Source of the DNA: Candidatus Cloacimonadales bacterium
GTDB lineage: Bacteria > Cloacimonadota > Cloacimonadia > Cloacimonadales > JAFGVF01
NCBI GenBank assembly: GCA_963677495.2
Contig: CAXXOU010000004.1
Coordinates: forward strand, 928,001 to 992,000
Reading direction: 5' to 3'
DNA length: 64,000 nucleotides
The notes beneath the pieces are model-generated. The model searched no databases and had not been told where the DNA came from. It was given only the letters and a program-made list of their open reading frames with translations. Each line of letters starts with the position of its first letter. Position 1 is the first letter of the stretch. This document shows, one piece after another, positions 29,825-38,525 of this stretch. Made by a program: the position numbers and the translations under genes.

Positions 29825-32074
29825 ATGGCTATATTCGATGAGATATATTGGGAAAAGGGTACTGAGAAGTATTTCTATACTCTTGATGAAATTAATAAGG
29901 CTGCCCAGGTAGCTAAAGAAAAGCATATTGAAAACCGTAGTGTTTTGAAAAGGATGAAGCATTTCTTTAAGTCTAATCAGACAGTTATGGAGATAGATAA
30001 GGATCTTCGAAATGATTATAAAGTGAAATCTGAGGGTAAGAAACCTTTAGAGTTAGCACGAATCCTATCTGATGCATTAATCAAATCCCACTTTTGTTGC
30101 AGTGCTGCAGATTTTAAAAGTGCTCCAATGGAAGCCTATTACAAGTTTCTGGAAAGTGAATACAATCAGTTGAGTAAAGTGTTCATAACAAAAGCTTTTA
30201 TTGCACCTGAGACCATTAATAACTGGGAACCGGTGAAGCAAGCACTTGCTGTTCAAAGAGGATTTGGGAAAGAGGTGCAATCTCAATTGATTAAGATTGA
30301 GAACTTTGAACTGATAAAGCAGGCAAAAGCTGAGATTACAGAGCAGTTATCCGGATTGAAATATGAATACAAAATAGAGTGCATAAACAATGCAAAAGAT
30401 AGGTTTAAAGCTATCTCGCAGTTTGAATATAAAGATGATTATAAAGGTTACTTCTCTCTAATCAACAAAGATGTACTCCTCGTGAACAAGGCAGTCTCCG
30501 AACAGATTGAAAACAGGATTGAAAAGGAGAAGAAACAAAAACATCCTTCTATTAAAGTTTTAACTACTCAGATGGAGCGTTACCATCAATTAGAAACTGA
30601 TTTTGAAACATTCTCAAGTAGCTATAATAATCATAAGTATAAGAATGAACTGGAAAAACTTCAGAAATTAACTGATAGGATGCTAGTATTAGCAGAAAAA
30701 GAATCCGCTACGCTAAAGCGGATTACAGAAATGAAAAGTCCATACAAGCTCATTATTGAATCAGCCAAAAGAGTAGATGAATTAACAATGATACTGGACC
30801 AATTCACGCAAGACTATAAAGAGATACTGAATGCGAAGCATGAATTGCAGGATAGCTTGAATAGATATAAACAATCCATTTCAAACAAATTAGAGCAGCT
30901 ATTTTTACCTATTGAAGCAATTCTAAATGCAACTATATCAGATGTTGGTAGCTGCTACTCATGGCTTGAAGGTTTTGCGCAATGGAAAGATTTGCGACAG
31001 AAGCTTTCAGGTGTTGTTCTGCTTCAGAATAAGTTTGAAGCAATACATACAGAGCAACTAAGAAAGATAAAGCAGTGGTTATTGTCATACAAACTATCTA
31101 GAGATAACTTCGATAATGCAATCTGCGATTATGAAACATTAAAAGAGAGAGTGATCTTAGCCGGACTTTCATCAGAGTTGCTTAGAAACACAGAAGATGT
31201 GAAGAAAAAAGGTCTATCATTTAAAACAGACGCTGATATTGCCTGCAGGGCAATTCACTCTCTACAACAAAGTATAGCAGAGGATAAGCTTGATGCGATT
31301 GATTATGATTATAATCTACTTGAAAAAGTAGTGCTTAAATATAAGAATAATAATGTTTTAATGTTTGCTGATTTGAAGATCAAGTATGAGACTCTGTTAT
31401 CTGAGTTTGAATTGATAAAGTGTAGCGTTAAAGATGTATTAGAGAAACTTGCGTTCACCGGAGATCTTTGTTTATTACACCCAATTTCAAACAAAAGATA
31501 TCTTTTTATCACTTCAAGCACATTGGAGATAGGTTGTGCAAATGAAAAGGATGTTTTCTATCGTAACAGTAAGTTACATATCCCGTTAGCATCAATATCA
31601 GGTAGTCATGGAGTCTTAGATTGTTCCAAGCTAATGTATAGAGATAATAACTCAACAAATGGTAGTTACTCAGCTCAATCACGTGTTAGAAAAGAGTATA
31701 TAGATTTGAACAAAGATGATGATCTGAATCTTGCTATGCAATTTACATTTGATGTGAAACGATTTAATCAACTCGCAGTCCTTAAGTTAACATGGTTTGA
31801 TCGAAATAAAGAGAATCTAGTGAGGTTCTTTAATTCAACTCAGGAGTTTATAGAGTTCTGGGGGAAGTTATATATAGTTCTTGTTTCGCATGATGCAGTT
31901 CTATATATTTCTAAGCTGAACGGTGAAGTTGTTGATCAGATTGATGTTGAAGAAAACTATTATAAGATAGAAGTGAATGACCGAAAGTATAGTTTTAGTG
32001 ATTCATTGGAATTAATAAGTACAACAATTCTTAGGAAAGGAAATACAAAGATTCCACTTTTAGTGGAGAAGTAG
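29825..32074 (+). CDS. Long coiled-coil protein with a C-terminal degenerate FHA-like domain
   Basis: ~540 helical residues, then LEIGC...ISGSHG...YRDNNSTNGSY (FHA consensus GR..SRxH..D..STNGT). Confidence 0.65.
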   Translation: MAIFDEIYWEKGTEKYFYTLDEINKAAQVAKEKHIENRSVLKRMKHFFKSNQTVMEIDKDLRNDYKVKSEGKKPLELARILSDALIKSHFCCSAADFKSAPMEAYYKFLESEYNQLSKVFITKAFIAPETINNWEPVKQALAVQRGFGKEVQSQLIKIENFELIKQAKAEITEQLSGLKYEYKIECINNAKDRFKAISQFEYKDDYKGYFSLINKDVLLVNKAVSEQIENRIEKEKKQKHPSIKVLTTQMERYHQLETDFETFSSSYNNHKYKNELEKLQKLTDRMLVLAEKESATLKRITEMKSPYKLIIESAKRVDELTMILDQFTQDYKEILNAKHELQDSLNRYKQSISNKLEQLFLPIEAILNATISDVGSCYSWLEGFAQWKDLRQKLSGVVLLQNKFEAIHTEQLRKIKQWLLSYKLSRDNFDNAICDYETLKERVILAGLSSELLRNTEDVKKKGLSFKTDADIACRAIHSLQQSIAEDKLDAIDYDYNLLEKVVLKYKNNNVLMFADLKIKYETLLSEFELIKCSVKDVLEKLAFTGDLCLLHPISNKRYLFITSSTLEIGCANEKDVFYRNSKLHIPLASISGSHGVLDCSKLMYRDNNSTNGSYSAQSRVRKEYIDLNKDDDLNLAMQFTFDVKRFNQLAVLKLTWFDRNKENLVRFFNSTQEFIEFWGKLYIVLVSHDAVLYISKLNGEVVDQIDVEENYYKIEVNDRKYSFSDSLELISTTILRKGNTKIPLLVEK

Positions 32075-32264
32075 GGCACGCAGCTTGCTTGCCCAAAGCT
32101 CGATAGAGTTATTTATTCCCCTCTAGCAGAGGGGTGCCGTGTAAACGGCGGGGTGTTGAAACTTTGTATTATATGAAAGTTTAAATTGCAAAAGAGAACA
32201 GATAAACAACTGTCAGTGGCGGAGCTTAGCTATCGCTAAGAGACAAGCTGGCAGCATGTCCTAC
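32071..32264. repeat. GTAG-ended unit, copy 2, with a DUF559-associated repeat nested at 32115-32157
   Basis: Same ends as 27369-27527; internal ATTCCCCTCTAGCAGAGGGGTGCCGTGTAAACGGCGGGGTGTT. Confidence 0.85.
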
Positions 32265-32276
32265 AAAGGAGGAATA

Positions 32277-33665
32277 GTGCCATTTTGCAGTAAATGTGGT
32301 AAACAGATAACAGATGATGATAGATTCTGCCCCGGGTGTGGTACTCCCAATAGAACGGCTTCATCAGAGACAATAAGTGCTAATCAGACTATAATTGAGA
32401 ACAATCCAGGTCAATATGGTTTGAATGTAGGAGAACTCAAAAAAGGTTTTGAGATTGAAGGAAGATACAGGATTGAAGAAAAGATTGGTAAAGGTGGATT
32501 CGGTACCGTATATAAAGCCTGGGATATAAATGTTGAGACTTGGAAAGCACTGAAAGTTATAGATAACATCTTTTATGATGATAAGATGGTTATAGCTAAT
32601 CTCAGAAAAGAAGCAAAACTACTTATGAGTCTAAATACCGAGCATGTTGTTCGTATCTGGGATGTGCATCTCAATGGTGATATTAAGTTTATAGATATGG
32701 AGTATATTGATGGAGGAGACTTAGTAGATTTAATGCTGTCATATCCTGATCGTAAAGTACCTGAAGACCGGTTAATTCCTATCTTAAAGCAGATATGCGA
32801 AGGAATGATAAAGATTCATGACCATAACATCATCCACAAAGACCTAAAACCTCAGAACATCATGCTTACGAAAGAGGGTACTGTTAAGATAATGGACTTT
32901 GGTATTTCCGAGACTTTTAGAACAAGTATGAGTCGTTTAAAAGAGAGTAAAAAGAGCGGTACACCGGCATATATGAGTCCTGAACAGCTTCTCGGAAAAG
33001 ATGTAGGTAAAGAGTCTGATGTATGGAGTTTCGGTGTTATGACTTACGAACTTGTAACAGGTAAGCAGATGTTTACTGGGACAAGTAGTAATGAAGTCTT
33101 CATGCAAATTAAGGAAAGAGATTTAGACATACAGGAAGTCAATAACTCAAAGATAAGAGTAATTATTCAAAAGAGTATCATCAAAGACTTTAATGAGCGA
33201 AATGGCTCTTTCGAGAGGATTGCTAATTTCCTTACACGAAGTGTTAATAATACAAGCTCGAACAATCATACAAATCCTAAACCAATTGAGAAAGCATCAT
33301 CAAAAGAAAGTGTGAAGACAGAACGTACTCATGTCAAAGTATTTGCTGCAATATCTATATTAGTAAATCTATTCTATCTCTTTGCTTATATAGGCTTAGC
33401 GATGGATGGAGAAGAATTTATAGTTCCTCTTTTACTTAATGGAATAGGTCTGGTAATAGTCATGATATTAAAAATACGAAAGCATATTAAGTCGATTCAA
33501 TTATTTAAAACGATACTCTTTGCAAGTATGCTATACTTTATATCTTCTATCTGGTTCTTTGTACTTAGTGAAGAGATGCCTATAGTGATGCTTTCTGTGA
33601 TATTATTTATTATCGATATTGTGATTATTCAGATTTATGAAAAGAGATCAATGTCTAAGAAATAG
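32277..33665 (+). CDS. Zinc-ribbon + Ser/Thr kinase 3 with four C-terminal TM helices
   Basis: GTG start after AGGAGG; CSKC..CPGC; full kinase motifs; hydrophobic C-terminus in place of the FGE domain. Confidence 0.92.
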   Translation: MPFCSKCGKQITDDDRFCPGCGTPNRTASSETISANQTIIENNPGQYGLNVGELKKGFEIEGRYRIEEKIGKGGFGTVYKAWDINVETWKALKVIDNIFYDDKMVIANLRKEAKLLMSLNTEHVVRIWDVHLNGDIKFIDMEYIDGGDLVDLMLSYPDRKVPEDRLIPILKQICEGMIKIHDHNIIHKDLKPQNIMLTKEGTVKIMDFGISETFRTSMSRLKESKKSGTPAYMSPEQLLGKDVGKESDVWSFGVMTYELVTGKQMFTGTSSNEVFMQIKERDLDIQEVNNSKIRVIIQKSIIKDFNERNGSFERIANFLTRSVNNTSSNNHTNPKPIEKASSKESVKTERTHVKVFAAISILVNLFYLFAYIGLAMDGEEFIVPLLLNGIGLVIVMILKIRKHIKSIQLFKTILFASMLYFISSIWFFVLSEEMPIVMLSVILFIIDIVIIQIYEKRSMSKK

Positions 33666-33703
33666 AGTTTTGACACTTCGTATTAAATACAATGAAATGA
33701 AAG

Positions 33704-33736
33704 AAAAAGGAGTGTTACATTTTATATAACACTCCT
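33704..33736. terminator. Terminator between convergent genes
   Basis: AAAAAGGAGTGTTA..TAACACTCCT. Confidence 0.7.
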
Positions 33737-33756
33737 AAAATTTTGATATCTATCTA

Positions 33757-34662
33757 TTACATTATAGCTTTCTTTTTCTCAACTACTGTGGAAACATGAA
33801 CAAGTTCATATCCTGCTTCTTTGGCAAGACGTAAGAACTCTTTGAGTTGGTTCAGTTTATTAGTTGATAAGCAGTGTGTAATTACAATAGTAGGATTATT
33901 CTTTGTATTCTTTTTCTCAAGTTCAACCAGCTTCTTAGCTGCGTTTCCTATTGAAGAGTCTGGAACATCCAAGAAGATATGTCTTCTGTTTGTTGGAATT
34001 CCAACAGTGTGGGCTGTCTTTTGAACAACTGATTTTGCATTCGTGAAGCTATCGATAAAGAACATATTGTTCTCTTTGAGTTTTTCACAAACAGATTTCA
34101 TAACACGTTTGTCAGCTGTGGCTTTACTTCCCATATGATTATTGATTCCAAGAGCATTGGGAAGTTGATTTATATAATCCTCCATACGAGCAGCAATCTC
34201 CTCATCTGAAAGTGATGTGAGAATGGCATTTTCTCCCGGATTATCTTTCGGATAACTGAGTGGTTCCATCGGAACATGGATAATTACTTCTCTACCTTGA
34301 AGCATTGCAGCTACCATGATATCCTTGCTATGAGGAAGATCAGGCATAATAGCGAATCCTACTTCTATTGGAAGATCAAAGAACTGTTCAATTCTATCAT
34401 TCTTATTCTGACCAAAATCATCAATGAGCACACAGAGTTTTTTGCCTGTATGCTTAACAACAGGCTCAGTTGCAATTGGCGTATCATCATGAGGAATCTC
34501 GGTTTCATCAACTTCTGCATACTCAGGTTTATCTTCATTCGCGACCTGCTCAGGTTTATTCTTTATCTTAGTACAGGTGATTGGGATAATCACAATCAAA
34601 GCGACCAAGAGTATGAACACCCAGTTCATGCCATTATTGTATTTCTTCTTTTCCAGCATCAA
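33757..34662 (-). CDS. Divergent polysaccharide deacetylase family protein (YibQ-like)
   Basis: VLIDDFG, IIHVPMEP, GINNHMGS, FFIDS, RRHIFLD; N-terminal TM helix. Confidence 0.9.
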   Translation of the reverse strand: MMLEKKKYNNGMNWVFILLVALIVIIPITCTKIKNKPEQVANEDKPEYAEVDETEIPHDDTPIATEPVVKHTGKKLCVLIDDFGQNKNDRIEQFFDLPIEVGFAIMPDLPHSKDIMVAAMLQGREVIIHVPMEPLSYPKDNPGENAILTSLSDEEIAARMEDYINQLPNALGINNHMGSKATADKRVMKSVCEKLKENNMFFIDSFTNAKSVVQKTAHTVGIPTNRRHIFLDVPDSSIGNAAKKLVELEKKNTKNNPTIVITHCLSTNKLNQLKEFLRLAKEAGYELVHVSTVVEKKKAIM

Positions 34663-35224
34663 TTCTCTCCCAACTAACTACAGAGCCAACAGTTATTCCG
34701 GCCATATCGCTAATGCCGGCATTAATTTCTAGAACATACATGATTGGAGTATAACAAATGATTGGATCTTCGCTATAAGGTACAGTATCCTTAGATATCT
34801 GCACAATCTTAAAGTCCTCATCAATGAAAATCATATCAAGAGGGAGATACGTATTCTTCATCCAGAAGCTGATAGGTTGTGGTCTATCGTAGATAAAAAG
34901 CATCCCTTGATTGGGAGCCATCTTCTTACGGTACATAAGACCTTGTTCCATCTCTTTTGGTGTCTCTACAATCTCAATATCGAAATCACCGAGTTTATAG
35001 TCACCATCTTTAATGGTCATTGTTGCATGTTTGGTAAATGTAATCTCTTTTTCCTCTGCTTGTTCTGTAACAGTTTCTATTAGCTTAGAAGCAGCAATCT
35101 TTGAAAATACCACTTTAAAAAAGTATGAGAAGAGCAGGAAAGCAATGCCATACATCACAAGTTTGATTGTATTCTTTCTCTTCATCTCTTTTAAAGAGCG
35201 TTTCTGTCTATCAATATTAGCCAT
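34634..35224 (-). CDS. DUF192 domain membrane-anchored protein
   Basis: GLMYRK...GMLF...FWMKNTYLPLDMIFID...YVLEINAG. Confidence 0.9.
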   Translation of the reverse strand: MANIDRQKRSLKEMKRKNTIKLVMYGIAFLLFSYFFKVVFSKIAASKLIETVTEQAEEKEITFTKHATMTIKDGDYKLGDFDIEIVETPKEMEQGLMYRKKMAPNQGMLFIYDRPQPISFWMKNTYLPLDMIFIDEDFKIVQISKDTVPYSEDPIICYTPIMYVLEINAGISDMAGITVGSVVSWERIDAGKEEIQ

Positions 35225-35281
35225 TTAAACTCCGTTATTAGTAATAATCGTATTGCAGATAATATCTTTTCTGCGTCAAGT

Positions 35282-38155
35282 TTATTTCATCAGTACCATT
35301 TTTTCTGTTTGCTTAACATCTCCTGCTTCAAGACGATAGAAGTAGATTCCTGAAGCTACTTTGCTTCCATTAGAGTTCAAGCCATTCCACTCGATGCTTT
35401 GTTTACCTGCATTCATCATACCATCAACAAGTGTATTCACTGTACGCCCCTTTACATCATAAACTGAAAGGGTTGCTTTTGTATTATTATGTGCAATCGA
35501 GAAATTTATCGTTGTGGTTGGATTGAAAGGATTAGGGAAGTTGCCAAGAAGCTCTGTCTGAATCTGTGGAATGGAAGATTCATCATTTGGAAGTACATCT
35601 ATTTGCTCATTGAACTCGTAATAATTGCAGGAAATAGTGGCTTCTGTATCCTCAGGAGAATCAACATAACTCATCAAGTCACTAATATAAATCTCCATGT
35701 TCTCTTCAATATTCGGGATAAACAAGCACTTATACTGATCTGTGTATGCATAGTAACCGGCAGAATGAGTTGCATTGAATGTTGAAGGATGTGGCTCTAA
35801 TAAGTCTATAATTCCTATGAAAGCTACAATTTGTCCAACACCATAATTTATTATTTGGAATTCGGGCTCAGGACTAGCTTGGCTTGAGGGATAGTAGATC
35901 AAGTCAATACTAGGTTGCATTAACTGCAAATCTACACCACTTTGCACTGGCATTTGATCAAGATTACCTCGCATATATCTTCTGAGGATACCTGCGTCCA
36001 TATAGTCGATAATATCATTATTGTCTGTATTGGCAGTATCAAAAGAAGTAAGAGTCCAGTTAGTTTCTTCGTTGAGAACATAATCAGCGTACATATCAAT
36101 ATCTGATTTTGAGATAATTCTGTCATTGTTGATATCACCAATAATAGGTAGGGAAGAGGTGACTTCAAAGTTATCTATCTTCATACCATTAGCTGTAACT
36201 CCCTGGTCAGTATCTAATCTGAATCTTACGTAAAGATTATCATATCCGGTAATGTCATAAGTAAGTTCATGCCAGTTTTCAAAATCGTTATAACTATCAA
36301 TTTCATCCCATACAGTACCATTTGATGATACTTCCAGGTAACCGTAGTCATATCCCTCTTCTAAATCATAGAACATATCAAACTTGATTTGAACAGGTAG
36401 TCCACTTGTTTGGATAGGTGATGCGATTCTGGAATAGATATTAAGGTTGTTTGAATATTGACCTGAAGGGGAATCTGACAGCGTATTAGAGCCATTACTA
36501 TTTTCTATACCCCAGCTACCTGTTGTTTGCCAATGAGATAAACCTGATTCAAAGTCATCTGAGAAGAGAACATTCTCATCTGAGAATACTATACAAATAT
36601 CTTCAGAACTATCCCAGAGTGAAACTTCTGTGTTTAGGAATGTTGCTTCTGTGAATGCTACTACAGAATACTCACCTTGCATCATTGTTGCAGTGAAACG
36701 TCCTTCAGTATCAACGTTAAATGAATTCTCTGCATCGAAAGTTAACTGACCAGCATTAAAGAGCGTTCCATTACCATGTCTTGCAACTCCATTAAAAGTT
36801 ATCTCTTGAGCCTGAGCTAATTCAAAGTTAACTGTTACATGTCCGGAAGCAGGAACAACCACATCTTCTACAGTAACGCTTCTATAGCCATCTTTTCTGG
36901 CTGTAATAGTATATGTGCCCGGTAACAACAATCTATGATAATCGCCTACATTTGGATGGGATAATATGGTTTTAGCATTACCCTCAATTATAATCTCAGC
37001 TTCAATAGGAGTGCGTGAATCATCTGTAACTATACCTTTAATACCGTTTTGAGCAAATTCTATGTATGAGAGTAAAGACTCCTGATTCTCATTCCAAAGG
37101 CTAGGTAGTAAGCTTTCATTAGGCCATTTTACATCCCACTGCTCACAAGTTATGTCAAAGCAGTTTGTTGTGTGGTAGCTCCAATCCTGTATCGAACCAT
37201 GAGTTTCATACCAGGCATTACCGTTTGTAATACCATTATTGAATTCGGTACTATTATACATTGTTGAGTTGTTTTCTACATAAGTAAGGGACATCTCCTG
37301 AAAAAGTAGATCATCCGGAGCTAAGGTCGGAGTATAATCCCATGGATAATTCATAACAGTTGCACCGGAATGGAATACGAGACTGGCAGTGAAGTAATGT
37401 CCTTCTGTCCAGTTCATAATAGCTTGTGTTTCCGGTTGCCAGGTGTTTCCATCAGGATGTTGCACTCCGGCTGGAGTAGGGAAATTTCTATTTAAATCAA
37501 CTCCGTTTTGGTTGTATCTCTCATGGTTTATATATCCATCAGGATTCATCAATGGATTGATCCATAACTCGGTATTGTTCACAATATCTGTGATTCTCTG
37601 GTCAGTTCCATAATCATCTGTCAATTGGTTAATTAATCTAGCCATTTGGTCTAAACCAATAGGCTCATCACCATGAATAGTAGCGATGTATCTTACTTCA
37701 GGTTCAGCTTCATCCAAAGTAACATTATCAGAAATCTTAAGGAAAAGGATATCGTTACCATTGACTGAATCACCAATATCAATCAATTGGCAGATGTCAG
37801 GATGGTCAGATACAGTGTTTTGCATGAAGTTTACATATTCATTATAGCTGAAATAATCACGCATTGGGTCACGAGTGTTCTTAGTCTCTTCCCAAAGCTG
37901 GTCAGCATACTCTTTAGCCTGATTAGGAATGTAATTGATTGAATAGCCATTATTAGAAAGTGTATCTATATCATCTTCAAAAAGGTATAAATATATAGTG
38001 TTTCCTTGTACTTTGTCCACATCGATGCCGTGTTTGTTCATGAAATTGATATCAGCTCTGATATCACTGCTTGTGATTGTTGCAGTTTTGTATTCAGCAG
38101 TCAAAGACCCTACCAAAGACAGAATTACAACAAGTAAAGGGATAATCTTCTTCAT
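35282..38155 (-). CDS. Secreted M14 zinc carboxypeptidase with regulatory domain, dockerin-like repeat and T9SS/FlgD-type CTD
   Basis: IHGDE, NPDG, DLNRNF, FHSG, GSIQDWSY; GDINND..D and NTDNND..DYMD; NFPNPFNPTTTI..ASGIYFYRL. Confidence 0.9.
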   Translation of the reverse strand: MKKIIPLLVVILSLVGSLTAEYKTATITSSDIRADINFMNKHGIDVDKVQGNTIYLYLFEDDIDTLSNNGYSINYIPNQAKEYADQLWEETKNTRDPMRDYFSYNEYVNFMQNTVSDHPDICQLIDIGDSVNGNDILFLKISDNVTLDEAEPEVRYIATIHGDEPIGLDQMARLINQLTDDYGTDQRITDIVNNTELWINPLMNPDGYINHERYNQNGVDLNRNFPTPAGVQHPDGNTWQPETQAIMNWTEGHYFTASLVFHSGATVMNYPWDYTPTLAPDDLLFQEMSLTYVENNSTMYNSTEFNNGITNGNAWYETHGSIQDWSYHTTNCFDITCEQWDVKWPNESLLPSLWNENQESLLSYIEFAQNGIKGIVTDDSRTPIEAEIIIEGNAKTILSHPNVGDYHRLLLPGTYTITARKDGYRSVTVEDVVVPASGHVTVNFELAQAQEITFNGVARHGNGTLFNAGQLTFDAENSFNVDTEGRFTATMMQGEYSVVAFTEATFLNTEVSLWDSSEDICIVFSDENVLFSDDFESGLSHWQTTGSWGIENSNGSNTLSDSPSGQYSNNLNIYSRIASPIQTSGLPVQIKFDMFYDLEEGYDYGYLEVSSNGTVWDEIDSYNDFENWHELTYDITGYDNLYVRFRLDTDQGVTANGMKIDNFEVTSSLPIIGDINNDRIISKSDIDMYADYVLNEETNWTLTSFDTANTDNNDIIDYMDAGILRRYMRGNLDQMPVQSGVDLQLMQPSIDLIYYPSSQASPEPEFQIINYGVGQIVAFIGIIDLLEPHPSTFNATHSAGYYAYTDQYKCLFIPNIEENMEIYISDLMSYVDSPEDTEATISCNYYEFNEQIDVLPNDESSIPQIQTELLGNFPNPFNPTTTINFSIAHNNTKATLSVYDVKGRTVNTLVDGMMNAGKQSIEWNGLNSNGSKVASGIYFYRLEAGDVKQTEKMVLMK

Positions 38156-38346
38156 AATCTCCTCTATTTGGTCATTGTTTTAGTAATGGAACAAATTACA
38201 GAAATATTGTCAATTAGTTTTAAAGATTGAATCAGATGTAAATACTGACAAACCGACTAGCCTAATATCACTACTAGTTTTTCTTATGTGTGAGATGTAA
38301 TTTGCAGATAAAAGTGTGTTAGCTGTCAGGTTCAAATGTTATATTT

Positions 38347-38428
38347 AACCACGGATGAACCACGGGTATTCCACGCCCAAACCACGCGAGTCGTGGTTAA
38401 CCCGCGGTTTACCCGTGGTCAAGTATGA
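38347..38428. repeat. 11-bp-period dyad array, CCACG/CGTGG family, copy 2
   Basis: CCACG at 38349, 38360, 38371, 38382; CGTGG-like at 38392, 38403, 38414. Confidence 0.9.
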
Positions 38429-38525
38429 AAGAAAAGTAAAACAAAGGAGCGGATGGTATTCACTTAATGCTCCATAGAAACTCTAAGTGAATCTATTCTA
38501 TTAATTAGAAGATCTGATGGTCTAT

